Shown one piece after another: positions 23,168 through 34,051 of a stretch of 44,104 bases of DNA (the stretch's first letter is position 1; each line of letters begins with the position of its first letter). The notes below the pieces were generated by a model that saw only the letters and a program-made list of their open reading frames with translations, made no database searches and was not told the origin of the DNA. The position numbers were made by a program, and so were the translations under genes. The DNA comes from Chiloscyllium plagiosum. Lineage: Eukaryota. Where the stretch lies: NCBI RefSeq assembly GCF_004010195.1, contig NC_057718.1:89423022-89467125 (forward strand). The letters are read 5' to 3'.

Positions 23168-23653
23168 CTTCAATTGAACAGAGATATTTCTCAATATTAA
23201 CTTTGACCAATCTGAGCCCATGGACCAAAACCCTCCTGTCAGAAAAAGTGCAATTCACTTGGAAAATCTGATACAACTCAGACATGATCATGAGAACGTA
23301 ACTACCTACAGGAAGTGTTCAACTGTAGTTCACCCATTGAATGTAACATCAGAAGGTCTGACCAGACTCAACATTTACTCCCTGATCAGTACCATTGACA
23401 CAGAGCATCTCGTGACACATCACATTGGCTGTTGGAGGGATCCCGGATGGGGTGATGCCCCCCTTAGTTGAGGCCTGCGGTCACTGAATGCCTCATACAA
23501 ACCCGGCCAAACAGATGAGGTACTGTAGGCCGAACGCAAGGTCCTGGGAGATAAACAGTGAACAGCATCTGGTCAGTGAATTGATAAGAAGGCATGACTG
23601 GGAGATCAAGGGCGAAATCCAGAAGAAATTATTTCTCACAAAGAGTTAGGAAT

Positions 23654-23962
23654 TTAGATTAGATTCCCTACAGTGTGCTCAACAAGTCCACACCGACCCC
23701 CCTAAGAGCAACCCACCCAGTCCCATTCCCCTACATTTCCCATGACTAATGCACCTAGTACTATGGGCAATTTAGCCTGACCAATTCACCTGACCCGCAC
23801 ATCTTTGGACTGTGGGAGGAAACCAGACCGCCCAGAGGAACCCCACGCAGACACAGGGAGAACGTGCAAATTCCACACAGACAGTTGCCCGAGGCGGGAA
23901 TTGAACCCGGTTCCCTGATACTGTGAGGCGGCAGTGCTAACCACTGAGCCACCATACCACCC
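23654..23962 (-). mobile_element. HE1-type V-SINE (tail-only pieces also at ~23963-24018 and ~24272-24381)
   Basis: Homology to the other copies. Confidence 0.9.
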
Positions 23963-24449
23963 ATAGTCATAGGATCCCAGTATGGAAACAGGCCATTTGG
24001 CCCAACAAGTCCACACCGAAAGAAAGTTGCCTCAAATAAAAGGGCTGAAACATTCCTTAAAAGGAATTGGATACGGTCCAATAGAAGGTGAATATGAAAC
24101 ACTCTGGGGCAAGATCTTGGGAATGTGAACTTAGAGTAGAGAGCATAGGTTCAATGGGCCAAACTGCCTCCTTGCAATTTCTACACCGATGGAACAAAAA
24201 CCTGGAGGAAATGGGAGAGAAAATCAAGAGAGAACCACAAATTGAGGCAGGTGCTGTAGGGAATGAATGGAGTTAGATTAGATTCTCTACAATGTGGAAA
24301 TAGGCCCTTCGGCCCAACTAGTCCACACCAACCCTCCGAAGAGCAACCCACCCAAACCCATTGTCCCTAATTAATGCACCTCGATTCAGGGAGGCAGCTG
24401 CTGCTTAGGTCAAGGCTCAACCCTCGAAGCCCACCCAATCCACACTTAC

Positions 24450-24712
24450 TTGTCGTATCTGTCCTGCATGGCCTTGATCTCATGCATTACAGGCAGGTCC
24501 TCGACAGAGGTGGAAGGCAGAGCCACGTCACGGAGCATGTTTAAGGCTTGCTGTCGAAGAACGGTCAAAGTGGACTGCTCCCGTTCCACCTCCTGGGCGA
24601 AAGCGTCGTGGTACTCCAGGAGCTCCAGCAGTTCGGTCTTCCTCGCCTTTTCAACCGAGCTGTCGGGGAGTCGATCCTGCAACTGGTCCACCACCACGGT
24701 CGTGGTCTCGAT
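24450..24712 (-). CDS. SYNE1: SYNE1 coding exon, 263 bp (IETTTVVVDQLQDRLP...AMQDRYD)
   Basis: Acceptor gtcctcag|ATC and donor AA|gtaagt. Phase 0 to 2. Matches recalled human DQLQDKLPGSSAEKASKAELLTLLEYHD. Confidence 0.92.
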
Positions 24713-25435
24713 CTGAGGACCACCATGGAGAGACATGAGAACAACTCCCCATAGCAACAGTAAACGTGTATACCTTCCCCCAACACCAAATCCCCACTTC
24801 TCCATCTCCATGCTGCAAAGGAGTGAGAGGCAGAGGGAGAAGCTAAGATCAGGAGAAGACCTCAAACCTGGTCCACCATGCAATCCTAACCCCATCTCCC
24901 CACCTTGTGAATTAACTTCTGAAGTGAGAGTTACGTTGCTGGGAAAATGGGGTTGTTGAGGTTTCCTGGGAAATCATCAAGAAATGATCCTGATTCCAAG
25001 CTTGTGTAAACATAGAAACAACGATAGAGCAGACCACTAAAACAGGATTGAGACTGAGTTACACAGGGAGACTCCATAGGAATCCTGTGTGGGCCCCCGA
25101 TAGTATGAGGAGTGTTTTGTTATATTGCCAACTGTTATTAGTTTTCACTTAGCATATAACCATAAGACTTACAGACCACATTGAGGCCAGCCAGCCCATC
25201 AGGTCTACTCCACCATTCAATGGGATCATTCTCAACTCCACTTTCCTGCCATTTCTCTCTAAGCCTGGATTCCCTTATGGATCACTTGTGAGTGCAGAGT
25301 GGAATTGAAAGAGGTGGAGGGCTATTCTTCCAATTGGCCCTGATTGAACCAATTGTTTATGGTGTAGTAAGCATTGAACCACAGGACTGTGAGAGGAAAT
25401 GTGGACTTTATAACTTCGAAAGGGCTCAATTAACC

Positions 25436-25774
25436 AGAATCATAGATTCCCTACAATGTGGAAACAGGCCCTTTGACCCAACGAGGCCACACTGGCCCTC
25501 CAAAGAGTATCCCACTCAGACCCATTCCCCAATTACTCTACATTTACCTCAGACTAATGCACCTAATCTGCACATCCCTAAACATTATGGGCAATTTAGC
25601 ACGGCCAATTCACCCTAACCTGCACATCCTTGGATTGTGGGAGGAAACCAGAGTAGGAGGAAACCCACACAGACATGGGAAAAGTGTGCAAACTCCACAC
25701 AGATAGTCGCCCGAGGCTGGAATTAAACCTGGGTCCCTGGCGCTGTGAGGCAGCAGTGCTAACCACTGAGCCAC
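25436..25774 (-). mobile_element. HE1-type V-SINE
   Basis: Homology to the other copies. Confidence 0.9.
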
Positions 25775-27135
25775 CTAGAACTTAAGGGAGAGAAATTGTT
25801 AGGGAATAGGTATATTAGGAGCAGAATTTGAAATTACACCATAAAAATAGAACAAGGAGACACAAGCTCCAGCAAGTCAAAGTGCAAACTTGTTTCTGAA
25901 TCAGAAATTATTGGCCTGCACATGGAGCACAGGGAACACTGAAGCTTCTGGTGGACAGGACACTGTTGGAGCTCTGTCCAGATAGATGAGCTGGCTTCAG
26001 TTGAAAGGACCATCATTATCTTAACCTCCTGCGTTTGGCACCATTCTAACCCAGAATCCTAACTGTTAAGCATCTTGCTTTTCCATTCTGCCACTCCTCC
26101 CAGAATTCTGTCCAAGCACTATGACAAAAACCCATTTCTTCCTTTGTTTTTGATCATTTACCACCACCCCCACCCTCCGCCCCTATTTGACTACATCATA
26201 AATAGACCAAGAACCATTTGTACTTAAAACCACTTGGACGCCTCTTTGAGCCTTTGAATTCGATATAAAAATGGTCACACTGAGGAAAATGTAATCGTCG
26301 GTGAATCGATAAGAGTACAAGTGCTACAAATGGTTTGTGATGCCCTCTGACCTAGTGTCATGTACATTAACTTGACACTTATTTAGAAGGATGCATTTTT
26401 GGCCAAACTGGCAGTAAAAGGGAAGGGGTCAGTAGGTAATGCAGTGTTTGTGGAAGAGAGGCACTGAGTTTCATATCAGGCCAAAGAGGTTCCATTGGAA
26501 CTAGAAGACATTAAGGGATAGAGAATTCTTGGGCAAATGAAAAGGCAGGTTAAGGAGGTGGGAAGTGAGGAACAAAGGGGAAGATCTGTGATGGGGTGGC
26601 AAGGAGCACTGCCGTTTTCTTCAAACTAGATTTTCCATAAACCCCGCCACGTTTGCTGTTCTTTTGCAACTATTTATACACCTCCCCCAGTTCACCTTTC
26701 ACTTCCTCACTTGCTTCAAGATTAACCCGTTTTTGTCTGACACTGTGTGACTTTGGTCATTCGATCCCTACCAGCCTCCACCCTGTCATAGATGCTCATA
26801 TTGTTCTCTCCCACTCTCACCATTTTCCTCCAGCTCTGCAAATTACTTACAAACTCTTCGAGGGGGGGACTTGTTCTGGCTGCACCACGAGTATGTAGAC
26901 TTAGCTCGATTCCCTAGCGGCAGGTGATGCAGTGGGCTCTGCTACCTGCACCGCTTTAGCTAAACCAATTTCTCCCCGTCCGTTTCAAATGTCTTCCGGT
27001 TCTTATGAAACGTTACTGCCCTGAAGCACCAGCTTCCTCTCCCGCCCTGCTGAGCATTTCCAGCACTCCCTGCTTTCACAGTAACTTGCCAGCACCTGCT
27101 GAACCTTCCGGAACGCCCGTCACTGTGCCCCGTAC

Positions 27136-27354
27136 CTTGTCGGTGAGGTTTTTCCAGCCTCTCGCAGCCTCTTCCAGCATCTTCTCCTGCTCACGGGCGA
27201 CAGTGCGGAGTCGAGTCCAGCGCTGCCACACCGTGGTCATGGATCTGCTGATGGTGGCCTTGCTGGCATCGTTGCCCAGGCTCTCGAGATGGGAAGCCTG
27301 TTCCTCCAGGGCAGTGATCTTTTCATGGAAGGAGTTCACCACTGACAGCAAGGA
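27136..27354 (-). CDS. SYNE1: SYNE1 coding exon, 219 bp (SLLSVVNSFHEKI...WKNLTDK)
   Basis: Acceptor ctaccccgcag| and donor AAG|gtacgg. Contains GNDASKATISRSMTTVWQRWTRLR, nearly identical to recalled human nesprin-1. Confidence 0.95.
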
Positions 27355-27429
27355 CTGCGGGGTAGAGAAATACCGGCAAAGTGAACGGGAGTAAACTAAA
27401 ACGTAATATATCAACACACCCATAACAAC

Positions 27430-27710
27430 TGAAGAACATCCCATCCAGACCCTGACCCTAACCCTGCATTTCCCATGGCTAATCCACCTAGCCCACACAT
27501 CCCTGAACACTACAGATAATTTAGCCTGGCCAATCCATCTAACCTGCACATCTTTGGATTGTGGGAGGAAACCAGAGCACCGGGAGGAAACCCACGCAGA
27601 CACTGGGAGAATGTACAAACTCCACACAGACAGTTGCCCGAGGCTGGAATTGAACCCAGATCCCCAGTGATCCGAGGCAGCAATGCTAACCACTGAGCCA
27701 CCGTGCCGTC
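27430..27710 (-). mobile_element. HE1-type V-SINE, lacking its tail
   Basis: Homology to the other copies. Confidence 0.88.
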
Positions 27711-27875
27711 CAGGGTATATAGACTGGAAACAGGCCATTCAGCCTAACCAGTCCAAGGCAGTGTTTATGCTCTGTGTAAATCTCCTCCCATCTTTCCTTA
27801 TCCATCATCATAACCCTTTTCCCTTATTTGGTCACATCTTAAATTCATCTATATCGTTGAGGGAGGGCTGATGGA

Positions 27876-28362
27876 GGAGATTCACCAGGATGTTGTCTGG
27901 CCTGGAGATACTCAGCTATGAAGAGAGACTGGATAGGCTGGAGCTGTTTACCTTAGTGCAGAGAAGGTTAAGAGGGCATCTGATTGAAGGGTACAAAATT
28001 ATGAGGGGCATATACAGAGTAGTGAGGGAGAAACATTGCCCCTCCATGGAGGGGTTATTATCCAGAAGGCACAGTTTTAAGGTAAGGAGCAGGACGTTTA
28101 GATGGAAATTGAGGAAAATGCTTCCACTTTGAAGGTTGTGGGTAACTAGAACTCACTGTCTGAAAGGATGGTAGGGGCAGGAACCCTAAAGACATTTAAG
28201 TTGCATTTAGGTGAGCACTTGAAATGTCACAGTGTACAAGGTTACAGGCCAAGATCGGTAAAAGAGGATTAGAATTGATGGATGTTTGAGGATCAGCACA
28301 GAAATGATGGGCCAAATGGCCTGTCTCCCTGCTGTAAAAACTCAATGATTCTATGGTTCTAT
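27876..28362 (+). mobile_element. CR1 3' fragment
   Basis: MLSGLEILSYEERLDRLELFTLVQRRLRGHLIEGYKIMRG. Confidence 0.85.
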
Positions 28363-28649
28363 TCATCTCAACTACTCCCTATGGCAGTGAGTTTTATATT
28401 TTCACTTCTCGAGGTAAAGAAGTCTCTTCTGAATTCCTTTTTGGATTTCTTGTTGACTGTCATCATATAGATGGCTTCTAGTTATGCTCAGCCACACAAG
28501 TGGAAATATCTCTGCAATCAACCTATGAAAACCTTTTATAATTTTCATCAGCTCTGTTAGGCCATCTGTCCTCCAGAGCCAGCTTTATTCCTTATCAATA
28601 AATTAGTCCAATTCTGTTCACCTTTACTTGACAGATAAAAGTCACAGTC

Positions 28650-28854
28650 GAGAGAGTGTGAGCGCTGGAAAAGCACAGCAGGTCAGGCAGCATCTGAGGA
28701 GCAGGAGGGTCGATGTTTCAGGCAAAAGCCCTTCATCAGGAATGACGCTCAATGCCAACTCTCCTGCTCCTCGGATGCTGCCTGACCTGCGGTGCTTTTC
28801 CAGCACCACACTCTCGACTCTAACCTCCAGCATCTGCAGTCCTCACCTTCGCCT
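28650..28854. mobile_element. Palindromic PLE mini-element
   Basis: TSD agataaaagtcacagtc at 28633-28649 and 28855-28871; hammerhead-like motif on minus at 28712-28739. Confidence 0.85.
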
Positions 28855-29314
28855 AGATAAAAGTCACAGTCATCCCAGAGAACTATCCAGCTGCTCTCGA
28901 GAAAGAGAGATGACTGATGGAGAGATTAACCTTGCCTCGGGTAAGGGGAACGGTTGTCAATGCAGAGAAGGGATGGAAGAGTCGCTCCAAAGACTAAATA
29001 TAAAGTATATTATAAGCTTGTTATTTCAGTGATTTATTATGTTGCTGAACAAAGTGTAGGTGTGTTAGTTATTAATGCCACTTAGTTATTGGTGAGTTAT
29101 TTATTGATGTAAGCTAGTTATTGACATAAGTGAGTTAATATTGCTTATTGTTGAGCACTGGTTATCGCAGTGGTCTAGTTATTGAAGTTAATGGGTCATT
29201 GAAATGAGCCAGTTATTGCTGTGATCCACTTATCAATGGAAGTTAGATACCAATGTGAGCAAGTCATTTAATGAGCTAGTTAATGACGTGAGGTAGTTAT
29301 TGATGTGAGTTACT

Positions 29315-29608
29315 CTGCCTTAGAGTGGTTGGAAGGTGGGAGGGGCGGGGGCTTGCTGGGTCTGTATTGTCTGCACTTTTGTATGTAACAGTACTGTGTA
29401 ATGTACAGCTGTCTTTGCTGTTGTCTCTTTATATCTTTGTGAAACTGGGATTTGAGGTTTGTCCTCATGCCCCTGTAAACTGTCTGAATGGTAGGGTTTT
29501 GGGCCAATTGCTCCTCTCCCTTATAAAATTGCTGTCTCTTGTATGCAGCTGTAAATGTAACTGTTTGTTTGTTGTAAACTGTTTTTGTAATTTGTTTAAT
29601 AAAATAAA
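29315..29608 (+). mobile_element. 5'-truncated retroposed insert (L1/Tx1-like 3' UTR or mRNA 3' end)
   Basis: 16-bp TSD attgatgtgagttact (29299-29314 and 29609-29624); T-rich body ending aataaaataaa. Confidence 0.65.
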
Positions 29609-29709
29609 ATTGATGTGAGTTACTTATTGTCATGGGCTAGTTAATTTTGTCGACTGGTTACTGACATGACATGATGTGAGCTAGTTATAGATGTGAGCAA
29701 GATTGGCAA

Positions 29710-29823
29710 TTGCCCGAAACGTCGATTTTCCTGCCCCTCGGATGCTGCCTGACCTGCTGGGCTTTTCCAGAACCACTCTGATCTTGATTCTGATTTCCAG
29801 CATCTGCAGTCCTCACTTTTGCC
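29710..29823 (+). mobile_element. Single-arm PLE terminal fragment
   Basis: gcccgaaacgtcgatt...gcagtcctcactttt, same family as 28650-28854. Confidence 0.8.
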
Positions 29824-29942
29824 GCATAGATGTGAGAAGGTGAATCTTACCCACTGGTTAGTGATGTGAGCTAGTTATAGATGTGAGCTGGGTAGTGATG
29901 TGAGCTAATCAACATTGTTAGCTTATCTCTTGCCGTACTGAC

Positions 29943-30087
29943 CTTGTGTTGAGTCAGCTTTTCTTCACTTTCATGGCTAGTTGCTGCTTTGGCTGAAGAG
30001 AATTCCGACAACCTCTTTTCCGCTTGGTTCATCAGAGCAATGACCTGCTGCCTGGCCTCCTGATAGTCCTGCCACTGGGTCACACAC
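29943..30087 (-). CDS. SYNE1: SYNE1 coding exon, 145 bp (CVTQWQDYQEARQQV...EEKLTQHK)
   Basis: Acceptor ttttcgcag|G and donor AAG|gtcagt. Completes the split Arg codon (AG+G). Matches recalled human CTAQWHDYQKAREEV...EEKLSEHK. Confidence 0.93.
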
Positions 30088-30625
30088 CTGCGAAAATGTG
30101 CCAGGACCACACTTTATTCGTGCTCATTGTCATGAACCCACCTTTGGGCAGTGTTGATCTAATACATTCAGAGCAGGGCTGACATTTTGCCTTGAACAAC
30201 TGCATCTCTCAGGCACGTTCTAAACCAGTAGCTTACTCAATGATTTAAAAAGGAACAAATCTTTTTCTTTTCCAAAGCACCATCAAAGTATCTCCAGACC
30301 TCACAGTGAGATAACACATTGGCTGCACTGAGCCCAGCAACACCTCCAGATTTGGTTTCGACCGAGAGTAGACAGCTTCAGTTCAGGAGCTGGCCTTGCT
30401 CCAGGAAATAAGGACTGCCTGGCCTTACCACCTGGGAGTTTGGTGACTCCAAATTCCAGCCACTTTCTGGATAAAGACATTCGTCCTGAATTTTTTATTG
30501 AGTTTATTAGTGGTTATCTTCCACTGATGGCCCCGAGAATGGGACTCCCCCAAACTGAAAATTGTTCTCTACAACCCACTGGATCAAACGATTTTACCAT
30601 TTCAAATATCACCTCCCAAAGATCA

Positions 30626-31050
30626 CCTCTCAGCCTTCTCTGTTAGGCCGGGGTGGGGAGGGCCTGGATTGGAGAGGGGACTGACAGCGGCCCACAGAGG
30701 AACGGGGACGGCCCGGAGAGAAATGGGGACGGGCCGGAGAGGAATGGGGACGGTACGGAGAGGAATGGGGACGGGCCCTCTCAGCCTTCTCTGTTAGGCC
30801 GGGGTGGGGAGGGCCTGGATTGGAGAGGGGACTGACAGCGGCCCACAGAGGAACGGGGACAGGCTGGAGAGGAATGGGGACAGGCCAGAGAGGAATGGGG
30901 ACGGGCCGGAGAGGAATGGGGGCGACCTGGAGAGGAATGGGGATGGGCCGGAGAGGAATGGGGACGGGCCGGAGAGGAATGGGGATGGTCCGGAGAGGAA
31001 TGGGAACGGGTTGGAGAGGAATGGGGACGGCCCGGAGAGGAATGGGGGAC
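30626..31050. repeat. 151-bp tandem duplication with a G-rich 21-bp minisatellite (gagaggaatggggacgggccg)
   Basis: Unit start cctctcagccttctctgttaggccgggg at 30626 and 30777; about 4 versus about 10 internal repeats. Confidence 0.9.
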
Positions 31051-31862
31051 AGTGGTCAGTGGGCCCGGAACGAAGGTGGCCCTGGTTGGTCAGGCCACAT
31101 AGAAGCCCTTATAGAAAGACTGGAATGTCTATCGTTTCAGCTTTATTTCTTATCTTTCCAACTTATTCAATGTATGTCTGTAATGTCGAGTAACGTTTTT
31201 TTTTCTATTTGTTTTGTACCTGGGTACTTTGGAGCTAAGCCGGTACTGTGTGTTGGTGAGATGCCACACCTTTACTGTACTCCTGTTGTTCTGTAACCTG
31301 AGTACACGTGACAATAAACCTCATTCGACATTCTTCTCTTGAGAAGAATAGCTTCAGTTGTTTTAATTTCCAATCTACCGTCATTCTTAAGAAACAGGTC
31401 TCGTGCTGCAGTGGGTAGTGCCCCTATCTCTGAGCAGAAGCTCCAGGTTCAGATCCCACCCCAAGACCTGATGGCCATAGAAGGAAGGTACACTCATAAT
31501 GTGGGCAAGCAATTCGAGTATAGACTTGGAATTCCTCCCAACACACATGAATGGGAGGTGGTTTAAGAGTGGGGAGGATTCCCGAATCAGCCACATTTGG
31601 AGCAAGAATTTAGGAGCCTCTGACATCACATGTTCCAAAATACACTGTAACGTCCTGAGTAACACACCAACTTTCTTATATATTTTTCTTTCATCTCGCC
31701 CGATACCTCCTTGTCGTTTTTTTGTAATACAGGGAAAGGAACTGGGCTCAGGAGTCGGGGTCCTCGCAGATCACCATGCCATCCAAGTGTGTACAAATGA
31801 GGAGGAGAAATAGATAACTCAGCTCTTCAAATCTGTTCCTCCGTTCAATAAGATCAGTGCTG

Positions 31863-33228
31863 TTCAAAGTTTGGGAGAAGATTTGTAGCTCGGGTGCTCG
31901 TTGTTGTGGTTCTGTTCGCCAAGCTGGGAATTTGTGTTGCAGACGTTTCGTCCCCTGTCTAGGTGACATCCTCAGTGCTTGGGAGCCTCCTGTGAAGCGC
32001 TTCTGTGGTGTTTCCTCCGGCATTTGTAGTGGTTTGAATCTGCCAGTTCCAACTGTCCGTTGCAGTGATCGGTATATTGGGTCCAGGTCGATGTGCTTAT
32101 TGATTGAATCTGTGGATGAGTGCCATGCCTCTAGGGATTCCCTGGCTGTTCTCTGTTTGGCTTGTCCTATAATGGTAGTGTTGTCCCAATCAAATTCATG
32201 TTGCTTGTCGTCTGCGTGTGTGGCTACTAAGGATAGCTGGTCGTGTCGTTTCGTGGCTAGTTGATGTTCATGGATGCGGATCGTTAGCTGTCTTCCTGTT
32301 TGTCCTATAGTGTTTTGTACAATCCTTGCATGGGATTTTGTACACTACGTTGGTTTTGCTCATGCTGGGTATCGGTCCTTCGTTCTGGTGAGTTGTTGTC
32401 TGAGAGTGGCTGTTGGTTTGTGTGCTGTTATGAGTCCTAGTGGTCACAGTAGTCTGGCTGTCAGTTCAGAAATGCTCTTGATGTATGGTAATGTGGCTAG
32501 TCCTTTGGGTTGTGGCGTGAGTATCCGTTTTTGTTGATGAAATTGCGTGAGTATCCGTTTTTGGCGAATACCTTGTACAGGTGTTCCTCTTCCTCTTTTT
32601 GCAGTTCTGGTGTACTGCAGTGTGTTGTGGCCCTTTTGAATCGTGTCTTGATGCAACTTCTTTTGTGTGTGTTGGGGTGGTTGCTTTCGTAGTTCAGGAC
32701 TTGGTCTGTGTGTGTGGCTTTCCTGTATACCTTTGTGGTGAATTCTCCGTTTGGTGTTCTCTGTACCATCACATGTAGGAATGGGAGTTGGTTGTCCTTT
32801 TCTTCCTCTCTAGTGAATCAGATTCCTGTGAGTTAGACAGCTAACTGTAAGACAGCTAACGATCCGCATCCATGAACACCCCCGACACGACCGGCTATCC
32901 TTAGTAGCCACACACGCAGATGACAAGCAACATGAATTCGACTGGGACAACATTACTATTATAGGACAAGCCAACAGGGAACAGCCAGGGAATTCCTAGA
33001 GGCATGGCATTCATCCACAGATTCAATCAATAAGCACATCGACCTGGACCCAATATACCGGCCACTGCAACGGACAGCTGGAACTGACAACCGGAAGCGG
33101 CTACAAATGCCGGAGGGAACATCACAGAAGCACTTCACAGGAGGCTCCCAAGCACTGAGGATGTCACCTAGACAGGGGACGAAATGTCTGCAACACATAT
33201 TCCCAGCTCGGTGAACAGAACCACAACA
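31863..33228 (-). mobile_element. Penelope-like retroelement: 5'-truncated copy on minus (RT C-terminus plus GIY-YIG endonuclease) joined to an inverted 3' copy (32849-33228, plus)
   Basis: Minus-strand FTREEEKDNQLPFL...TKVYRKATHTDQVLNYESNHP...KNGY and TLPYIKSISE; NVVYKIPCKDCTKHY(I)GQTGRQLTIRIHEH is a frameshifted GIY-YIG motif; 31901-32292 is the reverse complement of 32849-33228. Confidence 0.9.
31939..31978 (-). ncRNA. Minimal type I hammerhead ribozyme motif of the PLE (second copy on plus at 33152-33191)
   Basis: GCA-CUGAGGA-U-GUCACCU-AGAC-AGGGGAC-GAA-ACGU-C-UGC: stem I GCA/UGC, conserved core, stem II, palindromic ACGU stem III, GUC cleavage triplet. Activity not shown. Confidence 0.72.
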
Positions 33229-33346
33229 GATCCATGCTGCTCTGTTTGCGTTCAAAATTCCACATTCCCTTCCACCCGCGCTAACAATCAATCTCCCTGC
33301 CAAACAAAAATCTATCCACCTCCACCTTAAAAATATTTAATGACCT

Positions 33347-34051
33347 TGTGTGGGAAAAGATCTGCCACCCTGCCTACCCACAGCATGGCCACACAGAACA
33401 CAGAAAATCAAGCCAGTCCAAACCATACAAGAAATACTCAGAATGCCTCAGCATTGACCAAACAGGCTGACAAAGGGAAACCAGACATGACCATAGCCAC
33501 TCGCAGACCAGGGAATTCACGTCCCAAGACAATAAGCTTCCTTGACCCAATAAACACAGGTGTCCCAAAGCCCTAAGGGGAGTCTTGTTCCCCAGTCATA
33601 CCAAAGCCACACAAAGCTCAGGTCAGACAGAGAGGCACCAGAATACCTCGCTCACAGGACAGCAACAATGGAAACACCTTACTGCTTTAAAAGGGACATT
33701 CTCACCTCCCCTCAAAGACAGATGGAATCTCCTGATCCCATTAAGAACAGATTGATACTACTGGACTCTTCATTGTATCTACATTCGGGACATTTTTCTG
33801 ATAACTGCTTAGCGAGTATTACCACTGTATTTTCACTGTTTTTAATTAGCATCATTGTACTGTATTCCTATACAAACTGGCTTGATTCTCTGCTCAGGGT
33901 AGAGAACCCTTGATCTACCTATACAGACTGTCAGTTCTGTGTCAGTCTAGTCAATTTCTCTTCCAGCGATATTGCTTGTAATAAACAGCTTGTCAATTTC
34001 ACCCGATCTGGCTTGTCTGGCCTCTGCTTTATTGGGCTAATTTCTCTGACA
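33347..34051 (+). mobile_element. Probable solo LTR
   Basis: TG...CA ends, AATAAA at ~33980, short cct(t) duplication; interrupts a CR1-like 3' segment. Confidence 0.55.

Larger units (their letters stand above)
29030..29910. repeat. Degenerate ~19-20 bp tandem repeat (gatgtgagctagttatt) containing two insertions
   Basis: Recurring gatgtgag/ctagttatt units at 29030-29314 and 29609-29910. Confidence 0.7.

Noticed and set aside
25834..26016. 60-aa minus-strand ORF in non-repetitive intron sequence as an extra exon
   Set aside because: The flanking exons already join collinearly with the recalled human protein, the acceptor is weak and I see no homology.
30690..31050. CRISPR-like regular repeats (also 467-608 and 7200-7612)
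   Set aside because: Contiguous tandem units without unique spacers, no cas genes, and vertebrate DNA.
30653..31296. ORFs with ERNGDGP / RRGMGTG repeats
   Set aside because: These are translations of a 21-bp minisatellite with no splice or homology support.
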